A stretch of DNA of 61,197 nt, filler included, from Basidioascus undulatus (lineage: Eukaryota): assembly GCA_000826855.1 (NCBI GenBank). It is 6 parts of 6 records of this genome, joined end to end, with 100 filler letters (N's around TTAATTAATTAA, not from the genome) between each part and the next. Parts side by side here need not be neighbours in the genome. Positions count along the whole stretch, not along the records: positions 20,389 to 47,622 come from JTLS01000169.1; positions 47,723 to 54,411 come from JTLS01001690.1; 4 more parts are not named here. One strand, 5' to 3'. Below are positions 35,401 through 50,648 of this stretch, in pieces. Under the pieces are notes generated by a model, which worked only from the letters and a program-made list of their open reading frames with translations, did no database searches and was not told the origin of the DNA. Position numbers and translations under genes: made by a program. Positions within the stretch are counted from its first letter, which is position 1, and each line of letters begins with the position of its first letter.

Positions 35401-37460
35401 GGGATCCAGCATCGCAGGAGATTGCGCGTACCGTAAGGCGTTCCATCGACCCACGAACGGATGCGAGGAACTCAGAGAACACGGCGCAGTGCGGGTCGTA
35501 CTCGACTTCGCTTCTTACGTCCGACTCGGCAGCGTGTCGCTGCACCAAGTCGGGCAGTATGTCGCGCTGCATCGTAACGGCGCTCCTCAGGCTTGAATTG
35601 CGTCAAGATGGATTAGAGCTAGGCTTCTGCAATAAATGATCATCTCACAATATCACGCACCCTGTCAAGTGCTGGGCAAGCCTCGTCATGCTGTCAACGA
35701 CTCCATCGTACTCGGCGCTCGTCCGTCGTATACGCGGGTCGAACCACTCCTTCTTCGCCTCGTCGAGGTGCTTCTTCAGGCTCGTGAAGCTGGCTTGATG
35801 TACGTCGACCGCGCGCTTGAGATGCTCCGGATCGGCTGTGAGCGTCGGGTCGAGGAGGAACGTCTTCGTCAAGACACGAAGAAGCGTCGCGCACGCCGCG
35901 AGGGTCACGTTGATGTCGTTCCTGATAGACGAATGATTCAGAACGAACATAGTCAATGTGAAGGGTTAGAAGAACTCACTGGAGGCGAGATGTTGCACTT
36001 GCGGGCCAAATGGTATAGCAGACCCCGTTCGAGACGGCCATACCGATAGTCACGATCGCGGCGATCTGCATGAGCTTGTGCACGCCTCCCTCCTTGACGA
36101 CACTATTTCACGACTCCAGGGTCAGCTTCAGTGGTGCCGCTGACAAAGTAGGGAAAAGAGACACACACGCTCGACATGATGATGCAAGCCATACTACCCG
36201 CGGAGCTCAACGTTCCCTTTGCAGCGTAGACCTTTGCATACGCGACGGCGCCCATAGCGATGAAGATCCACCAGCACGCGATGACGAGGTTCGCGGCTGA
36301 TGCGCCGCGATCGGGCAGGGTCGCGATGGCGCAGAGGCAGAAGAAGGCCGTCAGGATAAAGTTAAAGACGCCGAAGACTGTAGCTTCGATCATGGAGCCG
36401 ATGGTCTTGGCGGGGTCGAAGTACTGCAAAAGATAGCTTAGCGGATAAGAAGACAATACGGGAGGGAAACGGGGCGTTACAGCGACCATAGTGGCAACGA
36501 TATCTGCGATGCAGAAGGTAGGTAGTCGATTGGGCAATTGTCTCAACGTTGGGGTGAAACTCACGGGCGTTGTACGCGACATGCGAGAACGACGGGTCCT
36601 GCGACGCAAGGTAATGAGCGCTTGCATGCACAGGCACGAACAGCCGAACGCACGGGTATAGGATTGATCACGCCAATGAAGCGATTCAAGGCCGGCACGA
36701 AGGTGAATAAGCCTGCGATCGTGTACGCGATGGAGCATTTCAGCGTGCCCTGCTGATGGGTCGTGAGCTGGGGCCAGCGCGGCCTCCATCTCTTCGGCGG
36801 CGGCGGGCCCGCTTTCGGCGACGCAGGCCGAGTGAGGCCCCCGTCCCCCTCGTCCTCCGTGTCCGACTCGTGGAACGACGAGTACTCCTCCTCCTCCTGA
36901 GGCCCAGGGAGAACGGTCGGGTACCGAGGTTCGGCGACCGAGAACTGCGCGGTGGACGGCGAAAGCGAGGGCGAGGGCGAGGGCGAGGCGACGTGGTGAG
37001 AGGAGAGGGACGGGAGCGTGTGGTGGGACGTGGTACGCGAAATGGATGGATATGAGCGGGATCGGGACGGGCGAGACGGATGGGAAGGTGTGCGCGCCGG
37101 CGTAGGGCTGTGACCCGGTGAGCAAGGGGGGATCTCGGAAAGGAACTCCCAGCTTTCGATAACGCCCGGACTTCTGGGAGATTTCCCGTCCCGAGCGCTC
37201 TCGGCTTCGGATGCCGCGCTCTCCGCGCCCTCGTGCGGCGCACCGTCGCGGCGGGGCTCATCGGCAACAGCTCGGCGCGCAAGCTCGGCCCAGCCTCGGG
37301 TGCTGCTTGACGGACGCGTGGACGCGGACGGGCGTCGAGGTGGAGACAGAGATTCCGAGCTGATGGCTGGCGAAGAGTGACTCGAGGATAGAAAGCGTGG
37401 TAGGGGGGATGGGCCGGGCTGCCTCAAAGAGGTGCGGAATGGCCCCGAGGTGGACTCCAT
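32456..37460 (-). CDS. FUSC / aromatic-acid-exporter (ArAE_2) family multi-pass membrane protein
   Basis: LKCSIAYTIAGLFTFVP, YFDPAKTIGSMIEA, NIKFAVKCG, EWALLSCFVCFSPTVGQTNFLGFHRTAGTLLGA, VSRLWWPFEARRELR, QTKNEPRLKGPFP, PLPPYLP and YLLYFAYAL; many GT-AG introns. Confidence 0.88.
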
Positions 37461-38070
37461 GGAGATTACAATCGATCGAAGAGGTCTCGAGCGCTAAGTA
37501 CACCTGCAGAAAGACGGTTACACACCCTCGCCCTCTGCCGCAATGGATCGCTACTCACGCGAACCGGTGAGATGCTCGAACGGGTGCACAAGCAGGTCGA
37601 TGTTCCAGCTGTTGAACAGTGGAATGAAGGGGAAACGAAAAGCAGTGCGCGGAGTGAAGTGAAGGCCAACGACGGCGGCGGAAGTCCAGTATGGTCAGGG
37701 GGCGACTTGGCCTGGAGAGAGCAGGAACCGTCACGGGCCCAACTCTGGTATCAAAGTGAATCATCGAAAGGATGTCCGAATGACGAGAGATTTGAATTTC
37801 GATCGAGTTATCTTATCTGCCATCTCAGGCGCGTGAGCAAGCCAAAGGATGTCCGATAACAGAAGGGTAACAAACCAGAAAATGGGAAATCAGTGGAGGC
37901 GTCAGCGCGAAGCCGCCACCTGGCCAAAGAGAGCAGGAAAAGAGCGAGATGTGGGGCAGTCCATGAGATGAATCGCTCTCCCACGTCCCGTAGCTACGGA
38001 GAGCAATATGCCGACCGCGATGCACCAGAGCCCAAGAAAGCGCTAAAAAAATGTCACGAGTACGACACGA

Positions 38071-41378
<3,308 letters not shown>

Positions 41379-42753
41379 GAAGAGGGGGTGGGAGGGATTG
41401 GGAACGGTGTGTGAGAGTGGTAGAATGTCGAATGAGGAGAATGGACGGAACGATGGAGGCCAGGAGCAAGACGGTGGCGATCAAGAGGGCAAGGAGCGCG
41501 GACGAGAAGCCGATGCTAGCCCGAATACTATTCTGGCCTAGTAGCATTACTATTGAACTGCAGCCCCTTCAAACGGCGCATACGTAACACGCACGTGACT
41601 GATTTGACAGCCACCCTCCAAGGGGCAGCAGCTGCAGCGAGCAGGGTCTGAAATACTTTCGCATGAGTTTGTGGGAGCAGAGAAGGGGATGAAATGCTCG
41701 AGCGAAATAAGGAAGCCTCGAATGAGAGCCGGGGGCGTGGGGCGACTCGGGCGTGCACGTAGCGAAAGCATCAAAGCATACAACATTTGCTAGCTCCGAC
41801 TGGTGCAATGCACTCCTTCAGATGCATTCCACAGCCTAGGGAGAAGCTGCTGCTGAACGAGGTACACAACTCCGCTTGAGCCCCAGCCATCATATGGTGG
41901 CGATGGTCACAAGAATAGACATTTTCAAGCAGATGATCTCCTAACCGCACACTTAAACTGCCTGTAAAGACGTCTGGCTACCTGTGTACAGGATACGACG
42001 CTGTGAAGAGTGGCTCCCGATCAGCTGGTAGCAAGGCAAGTGGTCTCTCACTGAGCTTTGGGGTTTTATTGTGAATAATGACCATGTGCGTGTGTGTGAA
42101 GAACCAGAGAACGGGGTTTTAGCGACCATCACTGACTACGGTGAAGCAGGTCCGCAAGACCACTAGTAGCGAGCACGTCCACGGACTGCTTCCGGAAGAA
42201 AGAGGCCCAGATCTAAGGGCTCCTGACCAGCTCATCGTGCAACAGAATCAGAGTAAACCCGTCTACCAAATCCGCTTTCTCCCCACGTATTTTACTTGAG
42301 CTGGGACGCCCAGGACGAGCTTTGTTCGGTTCGGGGCGCTCGAAGCATCCCAGGTGGTCAAGCAAAATCGTCCAGTACAGGAAACGATGTACTATTTTTG
42401 ATCATGCCGAAACAGTGTACTATGAGGTGTAATGTCCACCGGACCATCATTGGCGTGTAGGCATTTTCGCGCACTATCGCACACTGCGCACTGCACTAAA
42501 CGCATGCATTGGAGTGCAGTCGCTCCGTCCTTCCTGCGGTGCAACACGCTGCTTACTCCCACCGCCATCGTCTGACGAACGACTCAGCCCGCACATCCAC
42601 GCCTTCCTTCGGTCTTTCAACGACAACTCCCGGTTCGGCGTGGTAAGCAAAAATCGACGTCGACTCGACCACCCGCCTCTCTCACCGCTTGGCCCAGCAC
42701 ATGGAACTTGCGAACTCCCACCTCCAGTCCCTACTCGCACTGAATTCTCCCAA

Positions 42754-43309
42754 ATGTCCACCCACATGGTTCTCGTTAACGACCTAGAACTCTCCAAAGT
42801 CGCCCTCTTCATCACCTCCTCCCCCCCTCCCTCGCGCGCCTTCCTCGATGGGGTCATCGATCGCGCGCAGCGGTCCGTCGAAATCGAGGATATCGACCTC
42901 GTCCCGCTCGGCCGCGAAACGGGCGAGTTCAGCGAATGGACGCCTGTGCAACTGGGCGCGTACGTCGCACGCGAGTTCCATACCCCCGGCAGCCCCGTCC
43001 GCGAGCCGCGCATTCGTCATCGCTGACGCGGACAGCGAGCGCGACGGCTCATTCCTGGTTGTCTCCCTCGAGCCGGAGTCGGTGAGCCGGGGCGCGGATG
43101 AGGTCGAGATTGAGGGGACCGTGTGCGTGGATGGCAAGTACGCTGTGGATATGCCGGCGATGTTCCACTTGATCGAGAGACAGGCATGTCAAGCGAAGCG
43201 ACAGATCGAGGATGGAGATGTGGACAAACGAGCATCCACGCACGCGCGCGAAACGACAGTTCGAGGAAGGAGATGCAAACAAGTCAGCATCTGCCCATGC
43301 ACTGGATAA
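42754..43309 (+). pseudogene. Intronless hypothetical gene split by one frameshift
   Basis: MSTHMVLVNDLELSKVALFIT...VAREFHTPGSPVREP (stop 43026) continues in another frame as AFVIADADSERDGSFLVVSLEPE...YAVDMPAMFHL. Both halves have GC-rich coding-like codons. Confidence 0.55.
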
Positions 43310-45086
43310 TTGAGCAGTAAATGTGGAAAGCGCCCGCTCCGCCCAAGCCCTCTGCCCTTATTCTCCTACACAAGCGCGACTGCCACAGTCACGCTACGAT
43401 TCCAGCCCACGGTCAGGTCTAGGTCTCTGGGTTAAAATGTAGGTTCGAAGAAACGCACTCGGCCACCTTTCCGCCACGATACAAAAGCTTCTCTTTCTTC
43501 GCCGCAATCCGGAACGGGGAGGCTATGCACGCGTGTACCTCGCCCGCGAGTACGTCCGCGACTGTCCGCACTTTCAAAGATTCGAGCTGAGACGATGCTT
43601 CCTTCATAGCGAGGCGGTCGAGCCTGCGAAGAGGATCATCTGAGGGAAGTGCATGTGTCATGAGGAGGAGCTCGCATCGCCAACGGTGTCGGCGAACCCG
43701 TCCGTCTCTCCTTGTACCGATCCGCATGCCGCGGCAGATCAGTAATCGCGGCCTGGTTCTCCAAGTCTTCCGCCGGACCACTGACAAGCCTGGCCAGCTG
43801 CCCGGGGGCAGTCGAAGAAGTGCGTCTGGCTCGGCGCGGAGAGGAGACGATCGTGCCGGAGGGTGCCAGCGCGGAGGACGCGTCCCCGAGATTGGGAGCC
43901 GCGATGTCGCACGTCTTCGCGTCAAGGGCCGAGTCTAACGTGCATCTCCGATGAGCGTGAAAACCGGCAGGAACGCGATGGTGGGAGAGGTAGGCGGACC
44001 TGAATCGACGTGTCTATCCCGCAGCACGCCATCCTATAACCTTCCTCCAGCAGTAGCTGGGGCGAGCCGCTCTCGCCGACTTTGGCTGCCGATGCGAGCG
44101 GGTCGGGTTCCGGCTCTTCCGCTCATCGGCCAGCGGAGTGCATGAGAGACTGTGACAAGGGATACTGGTCAACGTTCCTGACTTCCCAGCCGCCGACGGC
44201 GTCCGCCACGCCGAGAGCGATCCCACAGGCTTATTCATCTGTTCCACTGCACATTAAGCTGGCTCAGGACACCGTCTGAGGTGATGGATGGACAAGCGCA
44301 CCTGCTCGACGAACCAGACGTCCTGCCCAGCGTCATCCACCTTCTCCCGCCTCCGCCTCGCCAGCTGAGCATCCCGCCACTGCGGTATCCAGCAGATTAG
44401 CATGTCGGGGGTGCGCAAGACTTCCTGCTCGAGGATGCGGCGACGCGATCTAAGGAAGGCGGCGAGATGGAAAGCGCCGGTGAAAGAGGAGCGGGGGAGG
44501 GAGGGGGTCGATGGGAAATGGTGGGATAGCGAGAGTTATGAGAGGGTGGGTTCGCAGTGGTCGTACGACTACGCGCGAGGATAGACTCGAGGAGCTCGCG
44601 AGCGTGAGCTATGTCAATGAACCGAGTCTTCTGTTCAGCAGCTTCAGATGGCGAGACCGTGAGATGCTCAATGCATCCACGCGTTAAAATCGCCCCGAGT
44701 AGCCTGTGATTGCAGAACTGGCCGGGAAAGCGCTGATGAACGATGTCAGTGGTGAGCTCGTCCGGTGGTCTGAGGCAGTTGATGCGCAGGGGCCGCAAGT
44801 GCTGGCCGCTTGACTTGTGATTGCAGCTTTTCCCTCATTGCACTTCCGCATCCGTGTGTATGTCGCGTATGCGAGCAGGCGGAGGTGGAGGTTCAACGAG
44901 CGACGAAGCCGTGAAGGCTGGCCTCGACGTGAGTGAGACGGTGTGAAGCAGCGAACGCGAGTAGTCATAGATCGAAACAATTCGAATGATATCCAGCTGG
45001 GAGTGTCCATATGTGAAGAAGAGATGAGTAACGCGCCGAAGGATCCCCAGCCCTCAACCGCTCCGCTCAGTCGCTCACCAGCAACT

Positions 45087-45531
45087 TCATGCGTCCTCGC
45101 CCCTCACGACACCCCTAACCGTCTTCTCCAGATCCCAGTCCCACCTCCCAAGCCACTCCTCCGCCCTCATCCTAGACACCCCAAACTCAGCCACCTACCC
45201 TCGCACCCCACCTTCTCCATCAGGGCCCCTCCTTGTCTTCCAATCCCACACGACGACCGACGCACCAGCACATCCACGTCCTCCTTCTTCGCCACCTTCC
45301 CCGCCGGCTTCTTCCCCAGACCCTCGGGGATGACTGAGCTCTCGCCCTCGAACAGCCGGAGGAGCGACTCGCGCAGCTTGTTGGTGCTGTAGGAGAGGCC
45401 GTCGACGTACTGCCGGCAGGGAAGGGGGGGGCGCGTCAGTTGGAATGGAAGGGCGCGGAGGAAGTCGGGAGGGGCCAGGGCGGGCTGACATCGCTGATTA
45501 CGTCGCCTCCTTGGACGGCGCGGCGGGACAT
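45087..45531 (-). CDS. Small HYPK-like protein with C-terminal NAC/UBA-like domain (3 exons)
   Basis: Spliced MSRRAVQGGD|YVDGLSYSTNKLRESL...KVAKKEDVDVL|VAEFGVSRMRAEEWLGRWDWDLEKTVRGVVRGEDA*. KKEDVD.LV.E.....AE..L....DL matches the HYPK UBA pattern; canonical GT-AG introns. Confidence 0.7.
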
Positions 45532-47232
45532 GGTGAGTTGGTGATGGTGGTCCGTTGGAACGGTGGACGGCGAGAAGGTGCCGGTCCGGCCGTAACCCTA
45601 AGCCTCGCAGTGCACTTTACCAACTGTCGGTGCATGCCATGTTATGCTCAAGCAGACAATATTCAGGTATAAGGGAGTTCAGAGATTATGAAAGTTATTA
45701 GTAGTACGTGAAGCTGCCTCTGCCCCGAAGCCCGGAGTCAAGTTGACTCGGCAGCGGCAGCCAAGTACCACCAACTGAGTGCAATTACAGCCTCAGCCTC
45801 CAATCGACACATCGAAACACAAGCTCTTATAAAGTGGACTGAAGAACATCGTGGAAGCTGTGATCTAGGTAATATCTTTCGGGAAGCGAACGCCTGGTAA
45901 TCAACCGCCGCTTGGACACCCGATTTCTCGTACGACTCCTCTCAACGTCCCAAGCTACATTGCCTCATTCCAATATTTCTAGCAGAATCTTGGGAGAATA
46001 TGCCGCACCGATGATGTTCCCAGGTGCAGAGACGGTGCTTCGGGCCCAGAGGAGGACGAGGGGAAAGGCGAGTAGCCATGGCGTGTGCCGGATGGGAGGT
46101 GGACGCTGGCCCGGCGGTGAGGGAGGCCGGTTGTTGAGAGGAGTAGAGCAAATAATTTAAGTGAGTAGAATCAAATGAAGAACGACATGTTCTTAAGAGC
46201 GAAAGAGGTAAGTCTGGTGAAGGAAGGAGACGCCTTAGTCGACCCCTGCAGGGTTGTCCGTAGGTCAGAGACCAAGAAGACATTTCAAAAAGTTACTTAC
46301 ATTTGATATCAGCCGGATGTGACAGCTTTCCTGGTCTGAGCAAGGAAGAACTGCCGGTGAGTGCGCGGCCTCTATGGTCCCGGTGCAAAATGACGCTGCA
46401 AGTACTTACCGAAGTGCCCTATACCAAAAGATACGTGTTTAGCCGAGATCATTCATTTCATACAGTTGCCTTAGTTACCCCTTTGCTGGACGGTTTTCAG
46501 AAACTAAGACCACTGTCCCCATGCCCTACCCTTCTCTGGTCTTTCTAGGCGGTCTTCAGCAAACCATGCACCCATATGTAAACGAACCATAAGCTCCGCA
46601 GAAGACGTTGCAGAGCGCTGTTTCAGCAAGCCCAATTGACTTTCTTTCGTTCTCGTTTCAGCTGCTACCAGCGGCATGAAATACTCTGCTACTGCGCCGG
46701 GCGCCGCCAAGCAGATACCCACTGACCGTCACGCCCGCTAGCATGAGACACGACGCCATCCAATAAATTACTAAACATAAACTCGATTCCCCTCAAGTCA
46801 ACTCAGCTCCGCCGCACCCACCACCTCTCGGGCTGCGTGCTCCAGCAAGAAAGGCATGCAAGGAGCGAAAAGAAGACGAGAGTGAGGGTAAATGGGAGTC
46901 ATCCGAGCGGTGCTAGGCCGGGGTGTGAGGGGTGTCGGTCGGTGAAAGGGTGCTAAAAGAAGAGACGATAGAGGGCCACTCGAATAGTGAGAGTGAGGGT
47001 CGGAGCGATAAGAAGGTCTGAGTAGCGCAGCAGCCTGCCGGGAAAACGAGGACGCTCTGAATCCGGATGGTCAGAGCCATCTGGTTTCATACTTAATCTA
47101 AATCGGGCGCGATAGCGCGCCGGGTCTGCGAAAGAAAGCACTGCCGGCGAGTGCTCGCCTCCCTCCCGCGAACACGGTCCGCCCCCACCCAACTACGCGC
47201 CGCCCATCTCACAAAGCATCAAACTAATTCCT

Positions 47233-47272
47233 CCATCCATCCATCCATCCATCCATCCATCCATCCATCCAT
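47233..47272 (+). repeat. (CCAT)10 microsatellite
   Basis: Perfect tetranucleotide run just downstream of the stop at 47311 of a minus-strand gene. Confidence 0.97.
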
Positions 47273-47310
47273 ACTTAACTTACTCATCATACAAACCTCC
47301 TCCCATCCCA

Positions 47311-47613
47311 TCACCCCAGCCCCGCCGCGCTCACCGCCTCCTGCACAACCCGCTCCAACACGCCCCCCTCCCACTCCTCCCCCTCCTCCCGCGGGCAGGG
47401 CACCCAAGCAGCCCGCACATTCTCCTTCCTCTCCGCGCGCGCGTGGGCGCTCAGCCCCTGTGCGAGCCCCGCTCGCGCGGACTCAAACGCCAAGGAGGGA
47501 ACGAGGAGGTGAGGGTTTCTGCTCTCCGCTCGTCTCGCATTAGCGGGTGGATGGATCTCCGGCTGGGGGAGGGACGGACATGGTTTTCTGGCTGCATGAG
47601 GGGTTGCGCAAAG
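47311..47613 (-). CDS. 3' end of a hypothetical gene (5'-partial)
   Basis: ..FAQPLMQPENH| intron (GTCCGT...GCAG) |KPSPPRSSLAFESARAGLAQGL...EAVSAAGLG*. Confidence 0.5.
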   Translation of the reverse strand, partial: LCATPHAARKPCPSLPQPEIHPPANARRAESRNPHLLVPSLAFESARAGLAQGLSAHARAERKENVRAAWVPCPREEGEEWEGGVLERVVQEAVSAAGLG

Positions 47614-47622
47614 AGATCGGAA
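47614..47622 (+). other. Illumina adapter remnant AGATCGGAA at contig end
   Basis: 9-nt adapter prefix directly abutting the N gap. Confidence 0.75.
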
Positions 47623-47722
47623 NNNNNNNNNNNNNNNNNNNNNNNNNNNNNNNNNNNNNNNNNNNNTTAATTAATTAANNNNNNNNNNNNNNNNNNNNNN
47701 NNNNNNNNNNNNNNNNNNNNNN
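47623..47722. other. Artificial contig linker
   Basis: N-TTAATTAATTAA-N, 100 nt. Confidence 0.98.
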
Positions 47723-50648
47723 GGGGGGGTCGAAGAAAGCGCGAGAGGTGGACGAGGGTGTTGATGGTAGAGGAGCAAGAGCGAGAGAGGGGTCGAGGAA
47801 AGACCGCAAGCGCGTGCGTCGGGTTCGCCGGGCGTTTGTCCTGGGTTCAACTTCATCCTATTGCCTGCAGGGGGCCAGGCCAGCGTGAATAGTCTTCACA
47901 TATCTATTCATGCTAGGTCCATCATAAAGGCCTTGGTCCATAAATAAACAATGTACCTAGGATTTGAAGTGCGGAGGGGAAACGACACTGGCGGCGGAGG
48001 GGGCCACAGCAGCACGAGCCAGGCCCCAAAATTGGCTCTTTGTCGGCGGTCATAGCCCAATCGAAGCCTCATCCACCCAAAAGATGATACTTTTCATATG
48101 AATGTTTTCTGTATCCTGCTCGAAAGCACCCTGCTAGATATCCACTGCGGAGGATCTCACATGGCGAAGGGGCGAAGGCGCTGTCGGTCAACACATCAAC
48201 ACATAAAACACGCGCCTTGCCAAGGCACGCGCAGCAAAAATAGGCAAGGGGGTTAAATCTTAGTGGCTTGTACCTTGATTAATAACTCATTTCGGCTTCA
48301 ATGTTAGTTCATTTCGGCATTTATGTGTTCAAGGTCATGGTCAAGCCATGGTCACGTTCACTTTCCTGCACCCTGTCCTCTTCATGGTGGAAGATGAGAA
48401 CTGTTGGTAGCTCCAATACGTAATTGGGTCTACAAAAGCTGTGGTGGGCAATTCCCGCAATCAGTCAGTGAACATGATTGCAGACAGGCATTCAGCCGTT
48501 AGTTACACATCGCGGGCAGTCGACAGTCTTGCCTTGAAATCGCATCGTGTCAACGACTCAGTGGCATAGCCACCTACTACTGTAAAGCTCTCGTTTTTGT
48601 CTTTTTGGAGGCAACTGGGTAAGGGTTGATAAGAGTCAGAGCTTCTTGGAGCTGTCGTCGAGCTGGACAGGCATCCCACCTGTATTTCGGCAGCGTCGCA
48701 TTGCCGCTGCACACTTTCAAGTTCCTTTGGTATGGGGCCAAGGTGTTGAGAAAATCATCCGTTGATTTTTAAAGAATTGCTCGGTGAAAAAGAGTGGGAC
48801 AGGGTCGGCTACAGTACATGTGAAAAAGCGAAGGCAGAGTAGACCAAGATGGACAGCCCGAAGAGGGGAGGGAGGGGAACATGCAGCGATCAGCAAGGGA
48901 GTGAGGTAGGGAAGAAGAGGCCGAGGCAATTAATGCAGATATATTAGACGCCATCCGATGAAAGGACCTGAGAAAAGATAGGCATTCTACGGAATCGGAG
49001 CGGGGTGGACGAGTGAATCTTCCCCTGCGGGCCTCGGGCCACGGTAGATGCTGTGTGGCCTAACGGGGAGGTTGGACCCAAAAAGGGATCTCAACATCCC
49101 AAAAACCCATACCAACGGAAGTGGCAGTGGCGTCGGTTAGTGCTGCCCGGAAGCGAGCACGACAGCTCCGAGAGCAGCGTCAGCAGTGAGGGAGCGCGAG
49201 AGTGGTGGAATGTTGTTAATTTTCTTATGATGGCTCAGGACTTACTAGTCCCTATTTTTGACTGGGAAAAGAATCAGGGGAGTTATCGAGGGACCTGCGG
49301 GGAGTGGTTCGTTTGAGTTGCACAGACGCAAGACGTCCTGCTCGACATGGCTCCGGGGAGCGGCGCAAACCTTGAGGAAGCGCCAGGAAAGGCTCAAGTT
49401 TTTGGTATATACGGGGGAGGTTGCGTTGAAATGGGATATACAGGGAGCCGTAAAGTAGGTACGTCTTGTGAGTGGGACAGCCGTGCTGCCCGAAAGGAAC
49501 TCGACAGCTCCGTAGAACAGCGGCAACCCGGAGGAAGGGGGAAATGTAGGGAAACGCTGAGCTTGATCCCTGTTCTTTGAGCCTTGTTTCGAGGAGTTCG
49601 AGGAGGGAGTCGAGCGGGACATCGAGGGAACTGCGGGAAAGAATGGGTTTGAGAGTGGGGCGCGGGGCAGCTGCGCTGTTGGACAGTTCCGTAGAGCGAC
49701 GCGCCCCTGGGGACGCCATAGGAAGTGGTGGAATTTTAAAGTGAGGAAGAGATCTTGGGATAAGAGGATAAGAGGGCATGGTCGAGTGGCGAGCGAGTCG
49801 AGCGATGAGCACTGGAATGTGCCGGCTTCTCTGCCCTCAGGCGCGTGCTACCAGAGCAGTCTGAGCTGAGCAGGCTATGTTGAAGTCTGGCGATTTTATT
49901 ATAATTGAGTAAATGGGACGCTCATGCTTCAGGAGTCCAATGTTGCCAGCAACTGGCCTCGGGTTGTCTGGACCTTGGAATATGCAGATCCGCCGAAGCT
50001 GGCGGCTTGCGCCTTGAGTTTCTCGAAACACCGTGCAAAATGTCATTTTGTACTGTATAATTCAATGAGTACTACTTCAAAGAGGAATATTCAGGTCTCG
50101 TTGGGGACTCATACTGGAGTCTCGCGACTAGAACAGCTGAACGCGCGACGCAGTCGCTATCAGCGCCTTGAACGTATCGAAGCGCAATGATATCAGCAAG
50201 TGCTTGCTTCGTACTGTTTATAATGAATAACTCTCACGGGCATATTGTTAGCAATAAAACCTTGATGGGGGTAGTAAGAAAGGGGTAGTAAGCAGCTACT
50301 CGTGAGCTGCGTCTGCAGCCTTTCTTTATTCAACGAAAGCTTGATCTTACGACATGCTCGAGGAGCAAGGTCTTACAACCCCATCTTCAGATCATGTTCC
50401 AGCACCAAAAGCGGGTAATGTGTGCGGATGCTGTGCCTTTTCAAGAACTGCAGTCCGAGCAAGCCCAAGTACACAGTGTTGTCGAACGTTCTACTTGTCC
50501 TGCACTGCGAGTCTCACCCAAAAAGTAACCGGCGGACTGCCTAGCCGTTTCCACGAAGGAAGCAAGCACCATCAAGATCTCGTGTCTCGTATCACAGTGT
50601 CATCAATAAGCCTACGTACAACCGTCTCCCACCTCCCGCTCTCGCCCC

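Noticed and set aside
43419..44800. GC-rich minus-strand ORF fragments
   Set aside because: May be a decayed gene or transposon, but no recognisable motif.
47860..49812. Short inverted/direct repeats (GCCTTGCCAAGGC near 48214; TCATTTCGGC x2) and overlapping ORFs at 49245-49812 as a transposon
   Set aside because: No terminal inverted repeats, TSD or transposase motif identified.
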